From an uncultured Candidatus Saccharibacteria bacterium (GTDB taxonomy: Bacteria; Patescibacteriota; WWE3; 2-01-FULL-39-13), in NCBI GenBank assembly GCA_964370865.1, contig CAYJKF010000001.1:1-33702 (forward strand): 33,702 bases of DNA, written 5' to 3'. The notes under the pieces were generated by a model. The model saw only the letters and a program-made list of their open reading frames with translations. It did no database searches and had not been told where the DNA came from. Position 1 is the first letter of the stretch. Each line of letters opens with the position of its first letter. This document shows positions 1-7,906 of this stretch, piece by piece. Both the position numbers and the translations under genes were made by a program.

Positions 1-195
1 TAACAAGATATCTGATGGAACATTCTCTCCATTTGCTGGAAGTTTAGAGGATTCCCAAAACACATACACAAGGAATACAGCCATAACAAGCCATCCTTGC
101 CATCTTGCAGGAGTCCATCCCCAGCCAAATAACTTGCTCTTAAACCAGTAGTGGTTAGGGTTGTCTTTTAAATAATCGAAATATTTGGATAGCAT
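1..195 (-). CDS. Small membrane protein, 3'-truncated by window edge (not in ORF track)
   Basis: Manual translation from ATG at 195: MLSKYFDYLKDNPNHYWFKSKLFGWGWTPARWQGWLVMAVFLVYVFWESS..., open to position 1. Trp-rich motif then a hydrophobic helix; TATAAT 6 nt upstream of the ATG. Confidence 0.8.
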   Translation of the reverse strand, partial: MLSKYFDYLKDNPNHYWFKSKLFGWGWTPARWQGWLVMAVFLVYVFWESSKLPANGENVPSDILL

Positions 196-233
196 AAGGA
201 GATTATATACCATAAACACCTCTACTATGGCTA

Positions 234-262
234 TTGCGAGCCATTTTACTATGAGATACAAT
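234..262 (+). promoter_or_regulatory. Sigma70-type promoter for the microprotein locus
   Basis: TTGCGA (234-239), 17-bp spacer, TACAAT (257-262). Inverted repeat ATGGCT-N6-AGCCAT (227-244) spans the -35 box. Confidence 0.6.
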
Positions 263-302
263 TACAGTAATGCCATGGAGGCATTCCGCATAGGAGGAAA
301 AA

Positions 303-413
303 GTGCGTATTCGTTTCATCCGTGTTCGAGTAATTCAAAACAACTGGACGGTATGCAACCACTGCGGAAGCCCCAAACCTGTGGGCGGAAAGTGCTCCGG
401 CTGCGGTAGGTAG
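303..413 (+). CDS. 36-aa putative zinc-ribbon microprotein (CxxC-x9-CxxC)
   Basis: AGGAGG (292-297), 5 nt, GTG. Translates MRIRFIRVRVIQNNWTVCNHCGSPKPVGGKCSGCGR*. In-frame TAG at 291-293 bounds the ORF. Confidence 0.7.
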   Translation: MRIRFIRVRVIQNNWTVCNHCGSPKPVGGKCSGCGR

Positions 414-415
414 TT

Positions 416-535
416 CTTTCGAAAGGCAAGGATTTTCAAGGTCCAACACTAGGTTTTTCCCTAGTCCTTGCTGGTAGAGAGCTAAGTATCGTTAGGTCAT
501 CGCGACTTAACACATATATACAAAGCTCTCTACCA
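416..535 (+). other. Structured 3' region: two adjacent bulged hairpins
   Basis: GCAAGGA(426-432)/TCCTTGC(465-471) encloses CTAGG/CCTAG. TGGTAGAGAGCT(472-483)/AGCTCTCTACCA(524-535) is a perfect 12-bp stem enclosing AAGT/ACTT. Confidence 0.55.
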
Positions 536-564
536 TTGGAACAATTTTCCCCTTGTTGAAATAA

Positions 565-1860
565 CTACTCCCCTTTATAAGACCTTGCGAGGTTAATTGC
601 CGTTCTTGATCTCATGGCAAATATTGTTATCAATAATCCTATTAAACCTGTAACCGAGAAAACTAAAGCAATCCCACGTCCAGGACCGTATCCAAGATAT
701 GGACCTAATAATTCAACACCAATTCCTGTAGTCATAAATGGAATAAATATATATTGAGTTAAAGGACCAATTAAAAATGCAGTAAGTGGAGATGCAGCTG
801 TCTCAACAGTATGCGCAAATCCAAATACTCTACCTTGTCTATCAACAGGAACTATTTTTTGAACAACAGTTTGCTCGATCGCTTCAATAACTGGAATGAG
901 TAACATATAAATGTACATTCCAACCGCAGTTAAAGCAATGATTGGACGTACAGTAAAAAATATACAAACAAACCACATAAAAATATTCATTATGAATAAA
1001 GTCCTCACTGGAGTTGATCCAATTCCTTTTTTAGCTACAAATATTCCACCTACAATGAATGCGCTACTTAATACTCCCCACATAATGCCCCAGGTTTGAA
1101 CTGATACTAGTGACAGTCCATATGGATCCATTAACGCCATAAACACACCACCAAGTAAGTTATTAAAAGTTGTAAAAACAATAAGACCAACAAGTCCAGG
1201 AACAGACTTAATAATTCCAATTGTTCCTTTTAAATCCATTTGTTTTCCGTAACTCTCAGTGGATTTGTTAACAACATCTTTTTCGATATGGATAAAATAT
1301 AAATGAATAAAAGATATAAAAGTCAGGAGAACTGAAATCGCAACGGCCCAGCCCATTCCTAAAAATCCAATTACTAAACCACTAAATACTGAAGTGATTG
1401 CAAATGCTATTCCATTTACTGTACCAACCATTCCATTTGCTTTATCTCTTTTATCCTCGTCAATTAAAATTGTAACTAAAGTGGAAAGGGCAATTCCCCT
1501 CATGTTCCCAGCAACAGCTCCGCACAAGATAAAAAATGATAAGAGCCAGAAATAAAATCCATGTAGTTCTAAAAGCGTAGATTCAGGAACTGAGAAAAAT
1601 AAAATAAATGCTAATAGAAATGAAACAAGTGTTATTGCAGCCGAAAACTGCATAGAATATTTTTTACGATGATGATCTACAAAGTTACCAAATATAAGCC
1701 CCGAAAAAGAAGATAAAATCATAAAGGCACCGCCAATAAAGGCAGTAGCCATTACATTTTGAGTTTCTAAGTATGCCCAAAACGTCAAACAGAACCACAA
1801 AAAACTGTTCGTGACGTTTGCGATTAATGTGTTTACTAAAAGGCTGTTAAATGATTTCAT
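565..1860 (-). CDS. MFS transporter (DHA3-like efflux family)
   Basis: 431 aa, ~12 hydrophobic segments, motif A-like GNFVDHHRKK, C-terminal QKIVPVDRQGRVFG. Confidence 0.85.
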   Translation of the reverse strand: MKSFNSLLVNTLIANVTNSFLWFCLTFWAYLETQNVMATAFIGGAFMILSSFSGLIFGNFVDHHRKKYSMQFSAAITLVSFLLAFILFFSVPESTLLELHGFYFWLLSFFILCGAVAGNMRGIALSTLVTILIDEDKRDKANGMVGTVNGIAFAITSVFSGLVIGFLGMGWAVAISVLLTFISFIHLYFIHIEKDVVNKSTESYGKQMDLKGTIGIIKSVPGLVGLIVFTTFNNLLGGVFMALMDPYGLSLVSVQTWGIMWGVLSSAFIVGGIFVAKKGIGSTPVRTLFIMNIFMWFVCIFFTVRPIIALTAVGMYIYMLLIPVIEAIEQTVVQKIVPVDRQGRVFGFAHTVETAASPLTAFLIGPLTQYIFIPFMTTGIGVELLGPYLGYGPGRGIALVFSVTGLIGLLITIFAMRSRTAINLARSYKGE

Positions 1861-2107
1861 TAGGATTTATCGATTTTTGCCGATTGTACTAGTATAAAGG
1901 GGCAGTTAACTGGTGGTAACATAAAACTGTCAAATTGCGATTTTCAAGATAGGAAGGATATTCGTGGTTTCTATTTCCATGAGTAAGCTAGTAACTCTTT
2001 AAATGTTACTTTTTTATCTTCTGTAATAATTATCTCAATTCAGGGTCTCATAGTGAGTGGATTAATTATACTGTTATAGATTCCTACTTAGTATTACAAT
2101 TAATTAC

Positions 2108-2362
2108 ATGAACAATCAAGAATCCGCAAACAAAGCAATGAAATATTTATCTGTTATGGCGTTTTTTTTGATAAGTATGTTTTTATCACTATCAACCTCA
2201 TATGCGGATATGACAGGTCCTCAAGGAATAATCCCAGGCACATCACCAGAGGGAAGTCGGGGCATTCTTATGATAGTGGGGACGGTCGTTGGAGTGGTGG
2301 CTTTAATTTCTTGGCTCGTTATTCGTGGGATAAGGAGAAAACACAATGTGGTTAGTAAGTAG
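2108..2362 (+). CDS. Small exported/membrane protein
   Basis: 84 aa; signal-peptide-like N-terminus (SYA-D), G/P linker, TM helix, basic tail; TACAAT 7 nt upstream of the ATG. Confidence 0.65.
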   Translation: MNNQESANKAMKYLSVMAFFLISMFLSLSTSYADMTGPQGIIPGTSPEGSRGILMIVGTVVGVVALISWLVIRGIRRKHNVVSK

Positions 2363-2686
2363 CTATCTCTTAGCGCTATTTTTAACAATAATTATTGAGT
2401 TAACAATTACTTTTTTTTTAACTTCAAAACAAAGTCTCAAATCACGGCGATAGTTGCTGTAAATTTCATTACAAACCCAATCCTAAATTATTTACTTTTG
2501 ATTAATAATCAATTTTCTATAATTAAATTAAGCTTATTAATAATTATAATTTTAGAATCAGTGGTTGTTTTAATCGAATGGAAATTATTGGTATTTGCTT
2601 TACAAGGGAAATCTAAAAAATTATTTGCGTTATGTGTAGTGATGAATTTTTGTTCATATATTACCGGCTTATTACTTTTTAGATAA
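2346..2686 (+). pseudogene. ~113-aa multi-TM membrane protein interrupted by a frameshift at a T9 tract
   Basis: ATG 2346 frame reads MWLVSSYLLALFLTIIIELTITFF and stops at 2451-2453. The -1 frame is open 2420-2686 (NFKTKSQITAIVAVNFITNPILNYLL...LESVVVLIEW...MNFCSYITGLLLFR). Confidence 0.7.
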
Positions 2687-2758
2687 TTCTTGAAATTTTG
2701 CTCGAAATAACTTTGAACTACTCCTAACGAATATTATAAAAATCGAGATTTCGGTTTC

Positions 2759-2845
2759 TGGCGGAGGGAACAGGATTCGAACCTGCGAGTGCTTTCGCAC
2801 ACACGCTTTCCAAGCGTGCGCCTTAAACCGCTCGGCCATCCCTCC
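2759..2845 (-). tRNA. tRNA-Ser(GGA)
   Basis: GGAGGGATGGCCGAGCGGTTTAAGGCG-CACGC TT GGA AA GCGTG, long variable arm, GGTTCGAATCC, encoded CCA. Confidence 0.97.
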
Positions 2846-3022
2846 ACGCTTGGTAAATTATATCCTAAATAATACGCTCTGTGACAGTCAAATCAGATAC
2901 TTCCCATTCTAAACAAAAATTAAGGGGTTCTAAAATTCCCCAAACGCCATTATAATTGAGACAAGATTACTAGAAACGCCACCAACATCTTAATAAGTTT
3001 TTTTAATTACAACTACACATAA

Positions 3023-3349
3023 GTGACTGTTATAGGAACGTTACATGCAGTAACAAGGTATTGGAAACCCAAAATAAGCGAAGTTCCATTAGCCAAAACC
3101 CGCGAGGAAATTGCCGAAGCTCTGGCCATGCACTTTCTAAAACATGGAAATGTTCCAGTTACGGTTGTCAATGAAACGACTATATTGGATGTCGAAACTT
3201 TAAGAATCGATCCAACTACCGATTATGAAACTATCACCTCCGCAATCGATTACTATGAAAGTTTCCATCAACCCTATTCACTAGAGAACAGGATTGAAAC
3301 CACCGAGGAAATCTCTGATGAATCAGAATCAGGACTCCCCATACTTTAG
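3023..3349 (+). CDS. Hypothetical protein with acidic C-terminus
   Basis: 108-aa ORF, GTG start, no recognisable motif. Confidence 0.55.
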   Translation: MTVIGTLHAVTRYWKPKISEVPLAKTREEIAEALAMHFLKHGNVPVTVVNETTILDVETLRIDPTTDYETITSAIDYYESFHQPYSLENRIETTEEISDESESGLPIL

Positions 3350-3382
3350 ATAAAACGCCACTCATAATGCTAAAATTGCCAC

Positions 3383-4096
3383 ATGAAAAAGGTGTTTCAA
3401 CATATTTGGTCGTTAATCAAAAAACCTAAAAAAAGTAAGCTTGTTCCTGGACTTCAAATATATACCCTGTGGATTCTAAGAATATTAACGTTGATGTCTG
3501 GAATATACCAATTGTTCTGGGGTGAAACTACAATAGGATTCATCACGCTTTTAGCATTTGCGATAATTACTACTCCAACAATTTTTACAAGAAATTCAAT
3601 TAGAAAACTGCCATTCGAACTAGAATTAATGCTTTTTGTGATGGTCTTTTTTCAATTCATATTAGGAGAAGCCAATGACTTTTATATAAACGTTCCGTAC
3701 TACGATAAAATCATGCACATATTACTACCACTCTTAATCGGATATACAACATTTATATTAATGTATACGATGTGGTACACGGATAAACTGGATACCTCGG
3801 TAAATGTAATGTTTGTAATTACATTCTTAATAGCAATGGGAATTGGAACTGTTTGGGAAATTCTAGAATATTTAAATGATGTATATTTAATCCCTATTAT
3901 TCCAAACTGGCATCATTTTCAAGGATCAGCTACTGAAAATCAATTTTACGATACAATGCATGATTTAATTGCGGATATGGTTGGAGCCTTAATTGGTGCA
4001 AGCTTAGCTTACCTATATATAGCTAGAGCTAAAAAAACAAAAGGCTCAAGAAAATTAGAATTAATAAACGAGGTAGCTAAAGAGATCTTAGAATAA
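3383..4096 (+). CDS. Integral membrane protein (YjdF/DUF2238-like)
   Basis: Multiple TM helices; motifs YYDKIMH, WEILEY, DTMHDLIADMVGA. Confidence 0.7.
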   Translation: MKKVFQHIWSLIKKPKKSKLVPGLQIYTLWILRILTLMSGIYQLFWGETTIGFITLLAFAIITTPTIFTRNSIRKLPFELELMLFVMVFFQFILGEANDFYINVPYYDKIMHILLPLLIGYTTFILMYTMWYTDKLDTSVNVMFVITFLIAMGIGTVWEILEYLNDVYLIPIIPNWHHFQGSATENQFYDTMHDLIADMVGALIGASLAYLYIARAKKTKGSRKLELINEVAKEILE

Positions 4097-4144
4097 AACC
4101 TTTTCTATTTACATTAATAACAAGTCGCAGTATTATTCCTGCAA

Positions 4145-4756
4145 ATGATTAATAGAGCACCTATCGAAACTAATACTTCCTTTGATGGAAACGAATCAAA
4201 TGGACATAACCCATTACTGAGATTTTGTAGAAGGACACCATTTAATCCTCATCTGCCTAGACAAGTCCTGGAGGATAATTATATTAATAAGGGAGCTGAA
4301 CTAGCTTCTCGACATGGTAGGAATGTAATCGATATTGTAAACCAAACTGCTACTGATTACCTATCTTTTGCGAGAGTATTTGAAGACCATGCTTTTTTGG
4401 GCATTAGAGAAATGGATATTGATAGGAGGCAATTATTTAAAGCATTTATAGACAGAAAATTAGGCAGAATTGGAAATACAGATGAATATCAATTTATAAA
4501 TCAGATGGAAGAAATTATCCATGAGTGTTTAGAAAAAGGTTGGGAGTTGGAAGATCCATATTTTACTGATACGGCTTTATTAGGTGAGAACATAATTTCT
4601 GTAATAAATAGTACAAAGGATGATGAGGTATATTATGCTCTTAGAGACTTTATCATCCAGAGCGTCTTAGATAATGCATTGTGGAGCAATGTTGAACCAT
4701 GGATCGAACCAGAAGAAAGTAACTATTCCTTAAACCCAACAGCTCGGGCCATTTGA
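4145..4756 (+). CDS. Hypothetical soluble protein
   Basis: 203-aa ORF; 3' end overlaps the convergent glycosyltransferase by 34 bp. Confidence 0.6.
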   Translation: MINRAPIETNTSFDGNESNGHNPLLRFCRRTPFNPHLPRQVLEDNYINKGAELASRHGRNVIDIVNQTATDYLSFARVFEDHAFLGIREMDIDRRQLFKAFIDRKLGRIGNTDEYQFINQMEEIIHECLEKGWELEDPYFTDTALLGENIISVINSTKDDEVYYALRDFIIQSVLDNALWSNVEPWIEPEESNYSLNPTARAI

Positions 4757-5877
4757 TCTTCAAGAACTAGCATAAATTTAGTTTTGAAATTGTCTTTACT
4801 AAATTTCTGAGCATAGTTTCTAATATAATTTGAGTCAAATCCGGTTTTATCCATCCTATTTAGGACAACACCTAAAGACTTAAAATTCAGCTCATCAAAA
4901 AATAACCCGTTTTGATGTTCTTTTACGATTTCTTTTAATCCACCACTACGATATGCAATTACTGGTTTACCAAACATCATAGGTTCGAGTGCAGACATTC
5001 CGAAATCTTCATCTTCAGTAGCAATAATGAATGCCTTACATTTCTTAAGTAGCTCAAATTTTTCCTCACTAGATACATAACCTAGCATCTCAACATTTGA
5101 ATATTCTTTGGATAATTCCAATAAATTTTCATACTCACTACCTTTTCCTGCTACTTTTAATGGCACTTTCAGCCCACCACATGTTTGTATTATTAAATCA
5201 ACGTTTTTGTACGCTTCAAGTCTCGATATGACTAAATAATAATCGCCATCTTTTACCGAATCCTCAAAGTCAGACTCACTTACCGTAATTTCTGGAAAAG
5301 GATTAATAACGGTTGCCTCCCTATTATAAAATTTCTTAATACGATCTTTCACAGTTTCGGAATTACAAAGCAAATAATCTGGACGCTGTGCAAACTGCTT
5401 GTCTTTATATCGCAAATAAGAATCAAGCGGAGAAAGAATTAATTTCCAAACTGGATTAGTTCTCTTTCTAATTTCACCAGGTAATCCATATAAGAATCTT
5501 GGAGGTGTATGAATGTAAGAAACATGAATTTGATTTTCTCTTGTTTTCTTAACTCCCTTCGCAAAATGTGCAGATGAAGAAATAATTAAATCGTACTGGC
5601 TCAAATCTAGATTTTCAAAATAGAATGGAAGATTGGCAATAATAAGTTTGTGCGCGAATTTTTTGAATTTGCCTGGAATATTATCCTTCCACTTTGGATA
5701 AAAAATTCGCGCGCCTTGTAATACGCCAGCCTTTTTCATCACCTCAGCATCATAAGTTGCAGAATAAATATCTGCCTGTGGAAATAACTCCCAGATTGCA
5801 TTAACAACAGCTTCTGCTCCCCCGTATACATGCAAATAATCTTGTACTATAGCGACTTTTGCTGTTTTTAAATCCAT
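4723..5877 (-). CDS. Glycosyltransferase family 4 (GT-B)
   Basis: GGAE N-terminal motif, SRL..YKNVD, EDFGMSALEPM (E-x7-E), GKPVIAYRSGG. Confidence 0.92.
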   Translation of the reverse strand: MDLKTAKVAIVQDYLHVYGGAEAVVNAIWELFPQADIYSATYDAEVMKKAGVLQGARIFYPKWKDNIPGKFKKFAHKLIIANLPFYFENLDLSQYDLIISSSAHFAKGVKKTRENQIHVSYIHTPPRFLYGLPGEIRKRTNPVWKLILSPLDSYLRYKDKQFAQRPDYLLCNSETVKDRIKKFYNREATVINPFPEITVSESDFEDSVKDGDYYLVISRLEAYKNVDLIIQTCGGLKVPLKVAGKGSEYENLLELSKEYSNVEMLGYVSSEEKFELLKKCKAFIIATEDEDFGMSALEPMMFGKPVIAYRSGGLKEIVKEHQNGLFFDELNFKSLGVVLNRMDKTGFDSNYIRNYAQKFSKDNFKTKFMLVLEDQMARAVGFKE

Positions 5878-5878
5878 A

Positions 5879-6793
5879 CTAAAATAGTGGCAAATTATTA
5901 AACGATCTTTCCTTTAACTCAGCAAGTGGCTTTGCTAAACTTTTGAATTCCATTTTATCGAAAAACTTTCCAACGGTATCAAAATTAAAATCATACAATT
6001 CTGCTTTATCAAAAGTAAACTCTATTGGTATATTAGTAATTATAGTAGCTAACTGTTTCGATAAATATGCCTTGTCTTTATCATCAATTAATTTCTTTCG
6101 AACAACTTCTTTAATTTTATCTAAATTTTCATAAATCCCATCTAAATCACCAAACTCTTGGATTAGTGAAGTGGCAGTCTTTTCTCCAATTCCTTTTACA
6201 CCTGGAATATTATCACTTGGATCACCACGCAACGCTTTATAATCAATCATCTTGACTGGTTCAAATCCATATTTTTCTTTGAAACTTTCAGGAGTAAAAT
6301 ATGCCTTTGGAATAAATGGAGGCTTGCCTGGTCTAAAAACAGATATCTTCTTATCAATAAGTTGCATCAGATCCTGATCAGAGGTGGAAATTACCACTTC
6401 ATCCATTTCAGATGACGCCAAAGTTGCCATAGTTCCTAATACATCGTCCCCCTCAAATCCATTAGATGTTATACGTGGAATATTAAACGCTTCTAAAAGT
6501 TTAATTATATTTGGAAATTGCGAACTAAAAACCATCTCATCGTCTGGCTCCATCTGCATGCGAGTTTTTTGATAATCTGGATATAAAGTCTTTCGAAAAG
6601 ATGGAAGCTCCTCACTCTCCCAAGCACAGATAAAATGAGTGGGCTCGACCTCCTTAATAATATCGAAAATGGCCTTAGCTAAGCCAAAAGTCATCCCGGT
6701 GTATTCTTCCTTAGAATTCTTCAAATCCTTGGGATACCCATGAAAAGACCGATGTAGAAAGTAAAAAGTGTCTAAAATTAATAACTTACTCAT
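5879..6793 (-). CDS. Stand-alone 5'-3' exonuclease/flap endonuclease (Pol I N-terminal domain only)
   Basis: FRKTLYPDYQKTR, FEGDDV, SDQDLMQL, H3TH motif GDPSDNIPGVKGIGEKTA. Ends at 304 aa with no polymerase domain. Confidence 0.9.
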   Translation of the reverse strand: MSKLLILDTFYFLHRSFHGYPKDLKNSKEEYTGMTFGLAKAIFDIIKEVEPTHFICAWESEELPSFRKTLYPDYQKTRMQMEPDDEMVFSSQFPNIIKLLEAFNIPRITSNGFEGDDVLGTMATLASSEMDEVVISTSDQDLMQLIDKKISVFRPGKPPFIPKAYFTPESFKEKYGFEPVKMIDYKALRGDPSDNIPGVKGIGEKTATSLIQEFGDLDGIYENLDKIKEVVRKKLIDDKDKAYLSKQLATIITNIPIEFTFDKAELYDFNFDTVGKFFDKMEFKSLAKPLAELKERSFNNLPLF

Positions 6794-6835
6794 TGCGTAA
6801 TTATACAGTGCTAATCAGTTAATCAAAATTCGCGT

Positions 6836-7375
6836 CTAACTCCCTTTCCAAATAGTTTCTTGTATTCCCAACTTAAAATTAACAAATCTTGCCATTACAA
6901 ATAATAAATCTGAAAGTCGATTAAGATAGGGAGAAAACTCCATAACACTCGGACTATTTAGTGCGACTAAATCTCTTTCTAATTTTCTTACTAAAGACCT
7001 GGCATTATGAAGATATGCTGATTGCAAAGATCCTCCTGGTAAAATAAAATTTCTCAATTTGGAAAGCAAATTCTCATACTCATCAATTGTCTTTTCTATA
7101 TTCTCAACTTCCTTTTTTGAATTAAATGAAATATTCGATCCTGCGGCAATTGCACCGACAGTAAATAAATCAGATTGAATTGCCTCAAGAACTTCGATTT
7201 CTTCTGTAAAATCTTTTTTTATTCCAACATCTAAATAAGAAACACAAATTCCAATTAAAGAATTTAATTCATCAAGGGAACCTAAAAAATCAATAACTGG
7301 AGAAGCTTTCGAAATTCTTTGACCATTTGCTAATGATGTCTCACCTTTGTCACCTGAGCGAGTATATATTTTCAT
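6836..7375 (-). CDS. PduO-type ATP:cob(I)alamin adenosyltransferase
   Basis: IYTRSGDKGET, GSLDELNS, FILPGG, YLNRLSDLLF. Confidence 0.92.
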   Translation of the reverse strand: MKIYTRSGDKGETSLANGQRISKASPVIDFLGSLDELNSLIGICVSYLDVGIKKDFTEEIEVLEAIQSDLFTVGAIAAGSNISFNSKKEVENIEKTIDEYENLLSKLRNFILPGGSLQSAYLHNARSLVRKLERDLVALNSPSVMEFSPYLNRLSDLLFVMARFVNFKLGIQETIWKGS

Positions 7376-7385
7376 AATCTAATAA

Positions 7386-7904
7386 CTAACTATTTAAAAT
7401 ATGATAAGCAAGAATTGCTGAAGCAACATGTACATTTAATGAATAATTTTTACCATACATTGGCAAATGTACAACCTTATCAGACCTGCTTAATGAATAT
7501 GGATATACACCTGCGGTTTCATTTCCGAGTAAAATACAGACTTTGTCGTCATATTCCACATTCCTGTAATCTTCTGATTTTGGCGTAATTTCAAGCGAAA
7601 CTAACTGCATGCCCTTTTTCTTTACATAATCAATCCCATCTTCATATTTTTCAAAATGGACCCAATCAATACGTTGCTCGTTGGACATGGACGTAATAGT
7701 TATGTCATCATTCTCACCAGGCTTAGAAGTACGTCCAGTTAAAACTAATTCCGTAGCTCCAACAGCATCCGCAATCCTAAACATGTGACCAACATTAATA
7801 GCACTATCCAGATTTTGTAAAAGAAAAATTATCTCCGTATTTTTGCGATTAGATTTACATTCACGTAAGAATGATTTTAATTCAGTATGTTTAGAGGGTT
7901 GCAT
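7386..7904 (-). CDS. SpoU/TrmH-family RNA methyltransferase
   Basis: NVGHMFRIADA, LLGNETAGV, LPMYGKNYSLNV. Confidence 0.9.
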   Translation of the reverse strand: MQPSKHTELKSFLRECKSNRKNTEIIFLLQNLDSAINVGHMFRIADAVGATELVLTGRTSKPGENDDITITSMSNEQRIDWVHFEKYEDGIDYVKKKGMQLVSLEITPKSEDYRNVEYDDKVCILLGNETAGVYPYSLSRSDKVVHLPMYGKNYSLNVHVASAILAYHILNS

Positions 7905-7906
7905 AA

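Noticed and set aside
185-449. ORF-track calls 185..409(+) and 249..449(-)
   Set aside because: No recognisable features or initiation signals; they overlap the better-supported 303..413 ORF and its promoter.
269-535. RNase P RNA or tmRNA (GGAGGAAAAAGTG, GGAAAGTGC, GCAAG, CGACTTA resemble RNase P conserved regions; 3' ACCA)
   Set aside because: No GAGGAAAGUCC, no ACAGAA..CGGCUUA, no P1 helix, and no tmRNA acceptor/T-arm or tag. The SD plus four-Cys ORF explains the sequence better. A cmscan run would settle it.
1971-2051. Minus-strand MRP*IEIIITEDKKVTFKELLAYSWK*, a possible gene remnant or TGA read-through
   Set aside because: Too short to assign. TGA is a real stop elsewhere in the window, so at most a decayed fragment.
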